The position numbers and the translations under genes are program-made. Below, piece by piece: positions 30,021 through 43,822 of a stretch of 64,000 nucleotides of DNA (positions are counted from its first letter, which is position 1; each line of letters begins with the position of its first letter). Source of the stretch: Octopus vulgaris. Lineage: Eukaryota. Under the pieces are notes generated by a model. The model did not search any database, was not told the origin of the DNA, and saw nothing but the letters and a program-made list of their open reading frames with translations. The stretch covers positions 91,016,001 through 91,080,000 of the forward strand of contig OX597817.1 in the NCBI GenBank assembly GCA_951406725.2, read 5' to 3'.

Positions 30021-31417
30021 ATAACATTAGACGAATAATGATACTGTGCTCAGATAATAACTTTATAAATGAATGAAGAAAACATTGCAATGATTCCAAA
30101 CCAAAGTGCAAAATGGTGAGCTGTAACCTCAAATGTCCATGATGCAAAATGAACCATCGGTACCACAGTAAGTGGGCTAAAATGAAAAGGGTACATTCAC
30201 AACAAATAGTTGATGTATATCTAATGTCATCTGGTGAAGTCCATCAAGTGTCTCCTCTGGATGAATCAACAAAATTTTAAATAATAAAAGATGGTGGAGT
30301 GAACAATGCCACATGATAGAATCATGTCCACTGATTAGATAACACTTAACAAACAATGTTTTGTGTTGAGTCAATTGGAGTTGTTTCTGTTACTCATAAT
30401 TTACACAAGAGAAGGGTTAGCAACCAATGAGAAGCTGGAGAGACGTGTATAATTTTTACAAGGAAAAAGAGCAAATATGGTCATATTATGCTGCCACCAC
30501 CCCCTTCATCACTAGCAATATTTTAATGTTGTTTTACTATGGTTGCTTGCTTAGTTGGGTGGATACTCTGTTGCTCGTGCACACTTACAAAACACATTCA
30601 GGAAAACATGCAAGCTTAATTTCTTTCTAGTCTTTGCAAGTTCTTTGTATTCAATACTTATGGACTGGGAAAAAAAGCTTGGATGGTCATTGTTGGAACA
30701 CAAACTTAATAGAAGGTCTGATTGCTCAGGATGGTCATGGATGGAGCACTTTTGATGAAAGGTTTGCTCTATCAGGTTAACCTGGGGCTACACTTCACAT
30801 CACCACCATCAACAGCAGTAGCAGAACCACCACCACCCAAAATGCCACCACCACCACTGCCGCCGCCGCCACCACCACCACCACCACCACCACCACATAC
30901 AACAACAACAACAATAACAATGACAACAACTTCAATAGCAACACAAATATCAAAAAGTCAGACCATTATAAAATTCTATTCAATTCATTCTCATTGTTTC
31001 CTTTCTATGGAAATTCCTTGAATATATATATACATATACATTCTAGAAAATTCTGTAAAAATACTAAACAAACTCATTAAAGTCATCAAAATGCTTTTAT
31101 CCTTGAAAATGAAGAAATAACATTTTGTTTTTTCTATTTGCTTTCGATTCTTCAAGAAATCACCTTTTATTTCCAAACCAAAGCCATTTTCTTATGTGTA
31201 AATTCTATGAAATACCAATTTTTTTTTAAATATAAAAATTCTCATTGATTTTTTCATTTTGTTTAATATTTTGTACCATTCATTCCAGTTTGATTCTTGT
31301 TATTGCTAGCTTTTCATTATATTTTTGTGTTACCATTCTTAACCATCTTGATAGATTAATTTTCATTTCTATACCTTGTGATAAAATATTTATACATCAT
31401 CAATCTGTTTTTCATAC

Positions 31418-31451
<34 letters not shown>

Positions 31452-31642
31452 CATTATTATTGTTGTTATTATTATCGTTATTTTTAACAATTGTTTAAAC
31501 TATCATCATCCTCATCATTAATATTATTATTATTGTTATTGCCTTTAATTGTCCCCTGCATGCATCACCCTGGCATATAAAATATATTCATATTCCTGTT
31601 CTTCTTATTGTTGTTGTGGTTGTTGTTGATACTATTATTATT

Positions 31643-33350
31643 GTCTGGGGCCAAAGCTGGCTTCGAGGGTGCTCTGATCAATTTGGATCAATTGAAAGCA
31701 TTCGACAGGGTTGACCATTGCTACTTGGAAGCTGTCCTGAAAGCAGGCAGTTTCAGTCCTGTTTTCAGAGGCTGGATCACTACAATGCACAGCAGCACCT
31801 GTTCAGTGGTCAAAGTAGACAGTCGCCTATCAGAACTATTTGGCATCACACACTTGGTCTGTCAGGGCTGCCTGCTGTCACCTCTTCTGTATGTATTGGC
31901 ACTCAAGCCACTGCTGTAGAAGTTGGAGCAACTAAGGGCATCTCTTTCAATCTGGGACAAGGAAGGGCAGTGTCAGCATATGTGGATGATGTCACCATCA
32001 TGGTGTCAGATACCACCAAAGTCCACTTTGGCCGTATCTGACACCATGATGCCATCAAACAGTGGTGGCAGATGCTGGATCAATGGACCAGTTAAACTGT
32101 TTGGGGCCTGGTGTGGTCCTGACCTCCAAGTTGATAAGAACTGAGACAAGATGGTGAACAGGGTGGTCAGTCTTACTCAGAAATGGGCTCAGAGGAAGCT
32201 GTTCCTGAAAGGGTGGGTAGAAGTGGTGAATGCCTACATCACTTCTATTACCATTTATTGCCTGACTGTCATGCTGGTTACCAGGTTGAAGCATTTCTTA
32301 TTTGAATTCTAATGGAAGGGATGCATTCCAGTGATCAGGCAGTCAGTCTGCTGCCAGCATCCTCTGATTGGCAGATTAGGTATGCTGTGGCTCCTAATGT
32401 GCAGACACATGCTTAGGTTATGCCACCTGCAACAATTTCTGGATGGTGAGCATGTGTGGGCTCCATTTGTGAGGCATGTCTTTCCGCAGCTTGTCTCCTT
32501 GATGGTGTTGCAGTTCTGGGTGAAGGTAAGACCAAGACTGGGTACCTGGTGCTTAGAATGTCATCATGCACTCACAGCCCTCTACCAGTCAGGCGATGAG
32601 ATTGTTGGGCATTTTGCTTTTAAAATTTATAGAGGATTAATAGTGGGGAAATGTAATGACATTCTCAGGGAGACTCTAGGTACTAACTAAAACGAACTGG
32701 CTCATCTGTTCTGAAGGACTTTCTGGTCAGGAACTATCATGGATAATTTCAAGATGTTCTGGGCCTGGTAGTGCTACTGGAAAGCACTACCAGTTCAAGA
32801 TAAACTCTATGAGCATGGATGTACTGTCAGATGGTCTTGTCCAAGGTGCATGCAGAGTGACAAAACCATTCTGCATTCACTCGTTCAGTGTCAGTGCATT
32901 GTTGACTTATGGGATTATGTCAAACAGCTGCTGTCACATGTGGAACAGATCCATCTGTAGTGATGATTGCCCCACTGCCCTCTTTCAATCAGGCAAAGCA
33001 AGGCAGTTTTCCTTTGCCTGTTGGCTGTGGTGAAAGAGGTTGTTTAGTAGATAAGGCTGAAAAGCATGAGGACAGATACATTCCTCTTTGGCAGAGCTTA
33101 CACTGACTTCATCAACTTTCACTTGAAAAAGAAATTGAGAGTGGAGAGGGAAGTGCTGTCCTCAAATGAGTTTATTGAAAGGTGGGTGAAAGTTGGGAAA
33201 ATGACAAGAGTGTACGGTACCTCTCTCAGTGTTGACCTGTGAGTTGGAGAGAAGGAATTGGAGAGGGTACTTGCTCTGGGTATTCAGGTAAATCTCAGAC
33301 AGTGAGGTTCCTCAATTATCCCTTGTAATCATCCTGTATCAGGAGGGCTA
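31643..33350 (+). mobile_element. Tx1/L1-clade LINE ORF2 relic (RT plus zinc-binding C-terminus)
   Basis: ALINLDQLKAFDRVDH, QGCLLSPLLYVLAL, SAYVDDVT, CPRCMQSDKTILHSLVQC; many stops. Confidence 0.85.
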
Positions 33351-33648
33351 CATCTCTATCATCCTCACTTGTGTGTCTGAATCTTTTTGACAAATACATG
33401 TCAAAATATATCTGAATTTCGTTTTGCTTATCTATCTATCTAACTATCAATTTGTCTATTCAACTGTTTTATTGTCTATCTATCTTACCATGAATCTATG
33501 TAACTCTCTATATCTCTAAGTCTCTCTCTTTATATATATGTGTGTGTGTGTGTGCGTGTGTGTGTGTGTGTGCATGTGTGTGTGTGTGTGAGAGTGTGTG
33601 TGTGTATTATATATATATACATATATATAACATATATGTGTATATATA

Positions 33649-34045
33649 CTCTTTCACTCTTTTACTTGTTTCATTCATTTGACTGCGGCCATGCTGGAGC
33701 ACCGCCTTTAGTCGAGCAAATTGACCCCGGGACTTATTCTTTGTAAGCCCAGTACTTATTCTATCGGTCTCTTTTTTGCCGAACTGCTAAGTGACGGGGA
33801 CATAAACACACCAGCATCGGTTGTCAAGCAATGCTAGGGGGACAAACACAGACACACAAACACACACATACATATATATATACATATATACGACAGGCTT
33901 CTTTCAGTTTCCGTCTACCAAATCCAATCACAAGGCATTGGTCGGCCCGGGGCTATAGCAGAAGACACTTGCCCAAGATGCCATGCAGTGGGACTGAACC
34001 CGGAACCATGTGGCTGGTTAGCAAGCTACTTACCACACAGCCACT
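33649..34045 (-). mobile_element. Family-A SINE, young copy
   Basis: Near-identical to the reverse complement of 62473-62890. Confidence 0.9.
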
Positions 34046-34113
34046 GTCTATATATATGTATGTATATATGTGTGTGTGTGTATGTATGTAAGTATGTTTT
34101 CATATACATATAT

Positions 34114-34170
<57 letters not shown>

Positions 34171-34393
34171 TGGTGTCTCTGTCCTCCACTACTGCTTGAC
34201 AACTGTACATTATGCACAGGCACACTGATATAAGTAAGAAAGTATTCAATGCATAAGACAAGTTAATAAAAACAGGCATTAAAACAAAGATTTTATTTCT
34301 TCCTCAATCTCTAATGAAAAATCAGTAACATGAAGCTTGGAGTAGTAATGGTCTAAGATCTGTTTCAGTTTTCTGTAATGTTATATTTATATA

Positions 34394-35549
34394 CTAGCAG
34401 CATAGCCCGGCGTTGCCCAGGTATGTAAGTGCCCCTAGTAGGCAATGACTAATCCCAATCTAGTCCTTTCTCTCTAGGGAATGAAGGCGCATGTGTAGGT
34501 TGCAATGTCTTCTCTTCACTCCCAAATAACTATCAAACAGCTATCGATAATTCAACCCAACCAATTCCTACCAGGAAGAAATTACATTCGAGACTTTACC
34601 CCCAACTTCTGCTAATAGCTGCTGCAGCCGCAAGTTATTTGAATACTTTTTTTGTTTAAACTTTCTTTATAACTACCACCCCTAACGTTTTACCTTAAAT
34701 TTTTGACGTACCCTAAGGGTCCTCGGACACTACTTGCAAACTCTTGGTTTATTATAAACTGCTTTTGTCGTGTGCACCAAAAAACCTTTTCCATTCGTTT
34801 GTTCAGTTTGGTCACTTTTGACTTTATTGTTGTTGTCACTCACATTGCTGCCTGCTTTTTTTCCGTTTTTGTACATTTTTATACATTTTGGGATACTTAC
34901 CCCACGTGTTCCGAGAGTTAAAAAGGTCGAGTTGCGTCCCTTAGACAGTCTGTGGTTTGTGTTTAATACACAAATCGGTGTGCTATGTGTGCCACGTATG
35001 ATTTAATTAACCGATTTTTTTCCAGTAATAAAGTATCCTATTGGAATAAAAAGGGCCATATAGCTCCTTGGAGCAGACATGATGCTCGCTGTGAATTTTA
35101 AAAAAAATTCCTGCCAATTTGTGAAAGATATTGTCGAAAATATGTCATCTTGAATTTGAACGTGATTTCCCAAAATGGCATGAATTTATCGATTTTTCCT
35201 GATGGTAAGGTATTGCATGGAAAACTAACGTCAGAATTAAGTTTCTTAGGGTAACATTAAGCTTCACCATGAGTTTGGTGAAAATCGATTGCAAGTTGCG
35301 AAAACTACAACAGAAAATGTGTTGCATATAAGAAGCTTAGATTCTCGACCCCAAGTCGAATTTATCGACTCTATTCAGAACTGGGAAACTTTTCAAAATT
35401 TTTGCTGCGTTAGTTTTGAATTATGACATTGGGCTATGTGTGTGTCAAGTTTCATCAGAATCGGTTGAAAGCCATGGTCAGGGTGAGAGTACAACCTGAC
35501 AGACACACAGACACACAGACAGACAAACTGCCGTTTATATATAGAGAGA
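34394..35549 (-). mobile_element. Complete non-autonomous Helitron
   Basis: Minus strand starts A|TC (35549), has (CTGT)n near the 5' end, and ends with hairpin CCTGGGCAACGCCGGG then CTAG|T (34394); no TSD. Confidence 0.8.
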
Positions 35550-35949
35550 TACACATAAAAACATACACATGTGTATATGCATGCATATGCATATACATGT
35601 GTGTGTGTGTGTGTGTGTATTTATATATATATCTATACATGTTTGGATTTTTTATCTTATAAAGCATGGAGTTAAAACATTTGATAGATTATTGATTTTT
35701 CTCTTGCTTCGTTATTCTTTAATGAAAGACATCAATGATTAATTACAATTAATCATAGATCAATCATAGATTAGAATAGTTTTCATAAAATTTCCGGCAT
35801 AATATCTGCAACAGTTATTGCATCATTACTTCACAAAAATCAGCTGTGGTTTACCAAAAGAATCAAATCAAACATGCACGTGCCAATGTAAGTGCTTGTA
35901 TGTTACCAGTGTATCTGCTAGAAATAACAGCCAAATCTACCTATTATTG

Positions 35950-36157
35950 ATTTCAACTTTTGGCACAAGACCAGCAATTTTGGGATGGAGGTAAGTCGAT
36001 TACATCAACCCCAGTGTTCAGCTGGTACTTATTTCATTGACCCCAAAATGATGAAAGGCGAAGTCAGCCTCAATGGAATTTGAACTCAGAACATGAAAAC
36101 AAATGAACTGCTGCTAAGTATTTTATCCAGCATGATAATAATTCTGCCATTTTGCCA
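35950..36157 (-). mobile_element. Third SINE family with a Deu/Nin-like central domain
   Basis: Minus strand: TGGCAGAAT...GAGTTCAAATTCC (B box) then GCCTTTCATCATTTTGGGGTCAATGAAATAAGTACCAG. Confidence 0.6.
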
Positions 36158-36519
36158 ACTGGAATATACTTCATATTAAATTCTACTGCATTTTTGTATC
36201 TGGTTTATGAGATACTTTTCGTGTGTTGAAGCAAGTTATGTCATGTCTGGAGAGAGTCATATTGTCTTAATGCCTTATTAACTAACACACTCACTGGTTC
36301 ATTTTCAACTCATTTATTATTTATATTTTATATTTTTTATATTTTTTAATATTTTTTTAACATATTTTCTTCCAAAGTTTTCATTGCTTTTGCAATCTTG
36401 TCAATGGATGTTGACTCTTGGAAGAAAACATAATAACAAAACATTATAAACACTAAATAATATAGTCCTAGATATACTACATCAGAGAAAAGATTATGTT
36501 TTGCTTTTCTTTGATTCAT

Positions 36520-36870
36520 TGTCCATTTCAGTCATTGGACTATGGCTATACTGGAGCCCATGCCTTGAAGGGATCTTAGTTAAACAAATCAGCTCCAGCA
36601 CTTATCTTTTTATGGTCTTTTATGTATTCCATCAGTCTCTATTGGTAAACTGCTAACTTACAGAAATGTTAACAAACCAACACAACTTATCAAGTGGTGG
36701 TAGGATAACAATCACAAAGACACAGACATATATATATATCAGGTAGGTTTCCACAGTCTCCATCAAGCAAATTCACTCACAAGACATTGGTTATCCTGGG
36801 GCTAGAGCATAATACACCTCCCCAAGGTGCCACAGTGGGACTGAATCTCAAACCACAGGGTTTCAAACTT
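36520..36870 (-). mobile_element. Family-A SINE, highly degraded
   Basis: TTTCAGTCATTGGAC...CCCAAGGTGCCACAGTGGGACTGAA. Confidence 0.65.
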
Positions 36871-37256
36871 TAAGCATGACAAAAAGAGATGGTTCCAAGG
36901 AGAGGGATAAATGGTAGCACAAAAGAGGGATGCAACAAATGCAGGTTTTGCTCTCACATAACTACAGCAACTGAGTCAGTAGCACCACAGTTAGAAGTAT
37001 GCTAGAGGGATGAGTATTAGGAAGATGAGTCGTAGGGGAGGCTTCACAGGAACTGATTAGAGGTGGGAGCACAAACATAAAAGATATGCTTTTAGGGCCT
37101 CATTTCGTTTTTGTTGCAATGGATGGTTCCTCTAAGTGATACACCACTTTGATCTTCATGCTGTTGAACATTGGCAAACCTCTTACTTTCTGAGCAAGAA
37201 TCTTATATAAATGCATGTGTGTATATTTGTATTAGTGTATGGATACATTTATGTAG

Positions 37257-37906
37257 GTGGTCCTCTGGAGGACACTTGTCCTAAGCCACTTTGACTATTG
37301 CTCTCAGCTATGGTCACCAACCAGTGTCAAATTAATCACAGAACTTGAGGCAATCCAACGAAGCTACATGAAGAAGATAGCCTCTATGCAGAATATAAGC
37401 TATTGGGAAAGACTCAAGAGATTAAGACTCTATTCCTTAGAGCATAGGCGAGAAAGATATGCCATAATATACATCTGGAAGATCCTGGAAGGACTTGTCC
37501 CAAACTTTGGCTTTGAGAGTTACACAAATACTAGAACTGGGCGCCACTGCATAGTGCTAAGGACTCCAAATTTGCCATCAAGATGTAGGACAAGATACTG
37601 TGATAGCCTGGGCTTCAGAGGTCCACAGCTATTCAATTTCCTCCCGAAGGACCTGAGAGACCTGCATGGGGTGGATGCGGATGTCTTTAAAATAAAGCTG
37701 GATCTCTTCCTGTCAGGTGTCCCAGATGAACCAACTTCACGACAGGAGGTGCAGATGAGGGCAGCTGCATCAATCTCTCTCATGCACCAAATGTCAATTG
37801 CTAAAAAGCATTCGTGAAGCAAAATCATGTAGCAACACCAAATGGCGGTGCCCCAGCATGGCCACAGCTCGTGAGCTGAAACTAGATGAAAATGAAAAAA
37901 ATGAAA
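37257..37906 (+). mobile_element. CR1/L2-group LINE 3' end (open ORF2 C-terminus plus short 3' UTR)
   Basis: DYCSQLWSP...LEAIQR...SYWERLKRLRLYSLEHRRERY...GPQLFNFLP...FKIKLDLFL; tail (TGAAAA)n. Confidence 0.85.
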
Positions 37907-38030
37907 TACCTATGTGTGTGTGTGTGTATATGTACATACACACATATATAGGTGTACATATATGCACACATATACCTACAAAAATGTGTATATATATATA
38001 TATATATATGTATTTGTGTGTGTATATATA

Positions 38031-38430
38031 CTCTCTTTTACTTTTTTACTTGTTTCAGTCATTTGACTGCGGCCATGCTGGAGCACCGCCTTTAGTCGAG
38101 CAAATCGACCCTGGGACTTATTCTTTGTAAGCCCAGTACTTATTCTATCGGTCTCTTTTGCCGAACTGCTAGGTGACGGGGACGTAAACACACCAGCATC
38201 GGTTGTCAAGCAATGCTAGGGGGACAAACACAGACACACAAACACATACATATATATATATATATACATATATACAACAGGTTTCTTTCAGTTTCCGTCT
38301 ACCAAATCCACTCACAAGGCATTGGTCGGCCCGGGACTATAGCAGAAGACATTTGCCCAAGATGCCATGCAGTGGGACTGAACCCGGAACCATGTGGCTG
38401 GTTAGCAAGCTACTTACCCCATAGCCACTC
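38031..38430 (-). mobile_element. Family-A SINE, young copy
   Basis: Near-identical to 33649-34045. Confidence 0.9.
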
Positions 38431-38468
<38 letters not shown>

Positions 38469-38489
38469 GCAATAATCATAATGAGAGAG

Positions 38490-39480
38490 AATATGGAGAC
38501 TGGTACATCCAGAAAGTTTATTGCATTTTATCTTATAGTATATCATTCAGATTTAACCCATTGGAAGAATTTGCAGTGTAGCAAAATCTAGTTGTCATAG
38601 ACATTAAATTTTAATCAATGTAGTAAGCTATAACCTGGAACATAACTGAGAGCTACCACTTTATCCACCTGGATAGTATATCCCTTTAAACTCACATTGA
38701 TATCTATATCTGTCTGTATATATATGTAAAATATATAGGGCAGCAAGATTTTTAGAAATTTCACTACCAGTGGCCTAGCATGTATAAAAAAGTCAATGGA
38801 CAATATATTCTCAATATAAAATAGTGTACAAGCAGCTTTACACGATAGAAGCAGTTAAAACGACCAAAACCACATTTAAGAGCAATTTCGAAGGGAATGA
38901 AAAATAAAAGCTTTTACCTTGTTATTTTTTAATGATCATACCCTTTATTTTATTTGCTAAATAAAATTCGAAACCTAGGTATGATACTAACAATAGTATT
39001 AAATATAATCTCTCCTTAAATGATAACATCAATGTATCCAGCATTTGCAATTGTGACCCTAATAAAACCTGCATCCTAAATGGAAACAGCTGAAATAAAA
39101 ACGCCATGTACCAATGCAAGGTTACCCCTGGTAACAAGGAATTTTTTATATAGGTTTATCCTCTATGTTTTTTGAAATCCAGATTGGCAAGCCATTTCTC
39201 TACCTTCAAATACAATCAAAAGTATAACTCTACTGGACTTAGGAAACTAATTTGACACCTTAAAGACTCTAACAAATTTTTTTCTTTTGAATGGAAATTT
39301 TATCTAGATCTTTTCCCTATGATAAAGGGAAATCATTCTGTCCTCTTTGTACAGAAGTGAAATATTTTATTTTCTTTTCCAAATATAAACTGGTTAACAG
39401 GTTTACAGAGTGAGTTTACAGATGTACACACTGGTAAAAACATTCTTTTTCGATTTTCAAAATACTATCTACCCATTACC
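38490..39480. mobile_element. Penelope-like element relic: GIY-YIG endonuclease (+) with an upstream inverted RT piece (-)
   Basis: + strand 39070-39400 gives MYQCKV...FYIGLS...KSRLASHFSTF...STGLRKLI...EWKI...PY...CPLCTEVKYFI across frameshifts; - strand near 38500 gives AINFLDV. Confidence 0.65.
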
Positions 39481-40268
39481 TAATAACGATTTTCTGCAAA
39501 TTGTTTTTTCTTTATTCTTCTATCTTACTTACCATAATCTTTATTCCTCCCTTCTTTTTTTACTCTTCCTACCTTTTATCTATACAATTTTGCCCGTTAC
39601 TCTCTCTTCTCTCTCTCTCTCTCCCTTTTTATTTTGTTTTCTCTATTCCCCCTCCCTATCTTTCTATGCCTTTTCTTCTCTCACCTTCTGATTTCTTTAA
39701 TGACACTTTAAACTTTTTAGTGTTCCCTCACTACTAGGCTTTCCATATATGTATATACTTATATATCTGGTTTTGTTCCTCTATGCACATATACTATGTT
39801 TGTGTACAAAAGTGTATATGTGCTTAAAAAAGTGTATGTCTGTGTTCGGGTCTATCTATGTTTTGGGATGTGTATGCTCTTGTGTGTGTATGTGACCATG
39901 TGTTTATGTGTATAAGTAGATGGTTGTAAACATCTATTAATGTATACATTTGTATTTATGTGTATGCTGTGAGTATTTCTATGAGTGTATGTGTGTGTAT
40001 GTATGTATGAGTATGTATATGTTTGCATGTATACATGTTCGTATCGGTAAAAATATAAATATGATATATATATATATGTTGTGGCAATCCCTACTGTACT
40101 CTTTCGCCACAACTTTCTCTCACAATTTCTTCTGTTGGCCTGCTCGCTTAGCCAGCGATGGGGGGGGGGGCGTCATTTGAAGGATAAAACAATGCGAAGC
40201 ACATTGTGACCAGTGATGTATAGCAACATTGATAGCCTGGTCGGTCACGGTGATCACGGTGATCACAG

Positions 40269-40408
<140 letters not shown>

Positions 40409-40633
40409 ATGTATATATTTATCTACACACACACACATATATATGTTTATGAATGCATGTTGCATATAAATAGGTGCATATGCATATAAATACATCACAT
40501 TTTCTAGGGCTTCGTATATCTGTAAAAGTGTCTGTTTGATGACTGTTGTTTATATCTTTCTGGATGAGATAGATGCATAGCTGACCATAATTCTTCCTGT
40601 CGGACATATTTTGAATGCATCCATCTAAACATA

Positions 40634-40898
40634 TTCTTTTATTCTTTTACTTGTTTCAGTCATTTGACTAAGGCGATGCTGGACCACCACCTTTAGTCGA
40701 GTAAATCGACCCCAAGACTTATTCTTTCGTAAGCATATTCTGTCTGTCTCTTTTGCTGAACCACTAAGTTACAGGGATGTAAACACACCAGCATTGGTTG
40801 TCAAGCAATGTTGGGGACACAGACACAGACACACAAACATGCACACACATACATATATATACACATATACTATGGGCTTCTTTCAGTTTCCATCTACC
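40634..40898 (-). mobile_element. Family-A SINE 3' half, fused to the RTE 3' UTR
   Basis: SINE homology stops at TTCCATCTACC and RTE UTR repeats follow directly. Confidence 0.75.
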
Positions 40899-43822
40899 AT
40901 GTCCTCGCTCGAATGTTTCATGTGCCACCAGCACAAGTGCTAGTAAGGTGATGCGGTAGCGATCACACTCGAATGGTGTGCTTAACGTGCCACCAGCACA
41001 AAGGCTAGTTTGTTGCTCAGACAATGATCTCACTCGTATGGTACTCTTAGCACTCCACCAGCAACGGATGTTTAAATTCAACTTCGATTTCACTTGCCTC
41101 AACTGGTCTTCACAAGCAGTTTTTTGTGTCCAATGAAGATAAGGCATGCATAAGCGGACTGGTTACCTCCTAGCATAGGCCACAAGGTTATGGTCACACT
41201 TGTGCTTGCTGAGTCTTCTGCAGCACAGAATATTTCCAGAGGTTCCGGTCACTAGTCATTGCTTCGGTGAGGCCTAATGTTTGAAGGTCATGCTTCACCA
41301 CCTCATCTCAGGTCTTCCTGGGTCTACCTCTTCCACAGGTTCCCTCAACTGCTAGGGTGTGGCACATTTTCATACAGCTATCCACATCCATTCTCACCAC
41401 ATGGCCATACCAGCGCAGTCGTTTCTCTTGCACACCACATCTGATGCTTCTTAGGTCCAACCTTTCTCTCAGGGTACTAACACTCTGTTGAGTATGCACA
41501 CTGGCATTACACATCCATCGGAGCATGCTGGCTTCATTCCTCATGAGCTTACGCATATCCTCAGCAATCACAGCCCAAGTTTCACTGCCATGTAGCATGG
41601 CTGTTCGTACACATGCGTCGTACAGTCTACATTTTACTCTGAGTAAGAGGCCCTTTGTCGCCAGCAGAGGTAAGAGCTCTCTGAACATTGCCCAGGCTAT
41701 TATTATCTAAGCAGCTACACTTCCAGCGCACCCTCCCCAACTAGGTCACTTAGGTAACGGAAACTATCAACTACTTCTAGTTTTTCTCCCTAGAAAGTGG
41801 CGGAAGTTGTTCTCTGTGCATTTTCCATGCTTATTGCTCCCGAGCATCTGCCACATACAAAAACTATCTTCCCCGTTAACCTTCCTTTTATATTACTGCA
41901 CCTCTTATGTGTCCATAGCTTACACTGGGTACATCTTAGAGAGTTTCTACTTACGCCTCTACTACAGATTGAGCAGAGCAATCTACCTGAAGGGATTTGT
42001 GGTATGCCTGCCTTCCTACTTATTAGGACTTTGGTTTTAGCTAGGTTGACTCTAAGGCCCTTCGATTCTAATCCTTCTTTCCACACTTGAAACTTCTCCT
42101 CTAGTTCTGATAGTGACTCAGCAATTAGAGCAAGGTCATCAGTATAGAGGAGCTCCCAGGGGCATCCTGTCTCGAATTCCTCCGTTATTGCCTGGAGGAC
42201 TATGATAAATAGGAGAGTCAAAGGCTTTCTCCATATCAAAGAAAGCCAGGTACAGGGGCTTATCTTTGGCTAGGTATTTCTCCTGCAACTGTCTAACCAG
42301 AAATATAGCATCAGTGGTGCTTTTCCCTGGCATGAAACCAAACTGCATCTCATCTAAACTGACTCTCTCCCTAATTAGTTGGGCTATGACCCTCTCCATG
42401 ATCTTCATTACCTGATCCAAGAGCTTGATAACTCTCTTTCTCCCATTTATTTTCTTTGTTCAGCAACCTTTCATAGTGGCGTCTCTAAACCTCTCCCTTT
42501 GCAGCCTCATTTAGTGCAATTGAACCATCATCCATGCGAACACATTTCTCTCCTACCACATCACGGTTCTCTCTCACACACTGTCTTGCAACATGAAATA
42601 CCTCAAGTCTTTTGTCCTCATAGCGCAGGACATTGGCAAATTTTTTCTTATCTGCTTCCTCTCTGGCTAAATAAACCTGTCTCCTAGCTTCTCTTCTGGC
42701 AGTCTGATATGATTCCCTGCTACCACCATTCTTCCAGTCCTTCAAAGCCTGTCTCTTTTCTCAGATAGCCCTGTCTGCAATGTTGTTCCACCACCACGTT
42801 ATTTTGGGTTAATAGGGGACTTTGCACCATCCACAGATCTGGTCAGTGGCTCTCAGCAGGTTGTCCCTTAGAAACCTCCAGTTGTCTTCTACCCCATGTG
42901 AAGCTATATCTCCTTCTATTTTGTCAAAGTCTTCAAGTAATATGTCTCTAAATCTCTGTCCATTCGCAGGATCTTTAAGCTTGCAGACCCTTTTTCTCCA
43001 TGTTGGTCGTCTTCTGGTTGTCCTCTTAGTCCTGATCCTAAAGTCACTAACTACCAGTCTATGTTGTGGGGTACATTCTTCGCCTGGGAACGTTTGGCAT
43101 TTATAAGCAGCCATCTTTCTTTTTTTCTGGCAAGGATGTAGTCAATTTGGCTAGTATGTCGGCCCCATCAGCAGGTGACTAGGTGGCTGGTAGTATTCCT
43201 GAAGTTAGTGTTGCAAACCATAAGATCATTTGCATTGCAGAACTCCAGCAGCCTGGTTCCCTCCTCGCGGGAACCATAACCGTAGCCTTCATGTACGCCA
43301 TGGAAGCCCCCAGCATGTTGTCCAACATGCCCATTGAAGTCACCAGCCACAAAGAGAAGGTCTCTGTCGTTCATCAACGAGGTAGTCTGCAGTAGGGTGT
43401 CATAGAATCGGTCTTTCTGTCCATCGGGTAGCCCTGACTGAGGGGCATAGGCCGATATAATGATTGGTAATCCATGATGAAGCACTAATCTAAACTTAAG
43501 TATTCTGTCACATACTCTGATTACCTCAATTACCTTATCTACCCATTTTTCAGCAAGAAGTATGCCCACGCCCCCGACTCCGTCAGTGTTCCCATCCCAC
43601 AAAATCTTGTACCTGTGTTCTTTGCCTGTGAGGAACCTAGCAGAACCTCCTCTCCACCTCACTTCTTGGATGCAACACATATCAACACATCTCCGTTCAA
43701 GCATCTCAACAATCTCACCAGACCTACTTTTCAGTGTGCCAACGTTGATGGTGCCATCCATGAGGGTGTGGGGGGTATGGACCCTAGAGACCCTGGGACG
43801 GGGGACAGTAGCTTCATGTACC
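40899..43822 (-). mobile_element. Near full-length RTE LINE (APE endonuclease plus RT) with two internal deletions
   Basis: GTINVGTL, CCIQEVRW, ISAYAPQ, AGDFNGHVG, PGEECTPQHRLVVSDF, QFGFMPGKSTTDAIF, LYTDD; deletions near 42217 and 42430. Confidence 0.93.

Noticed and set aside
30722-31021. Proline/threonine-rich ORF
   Set aside because: Derived from (CCA)n/(CAA)n trinucleotide repeats.
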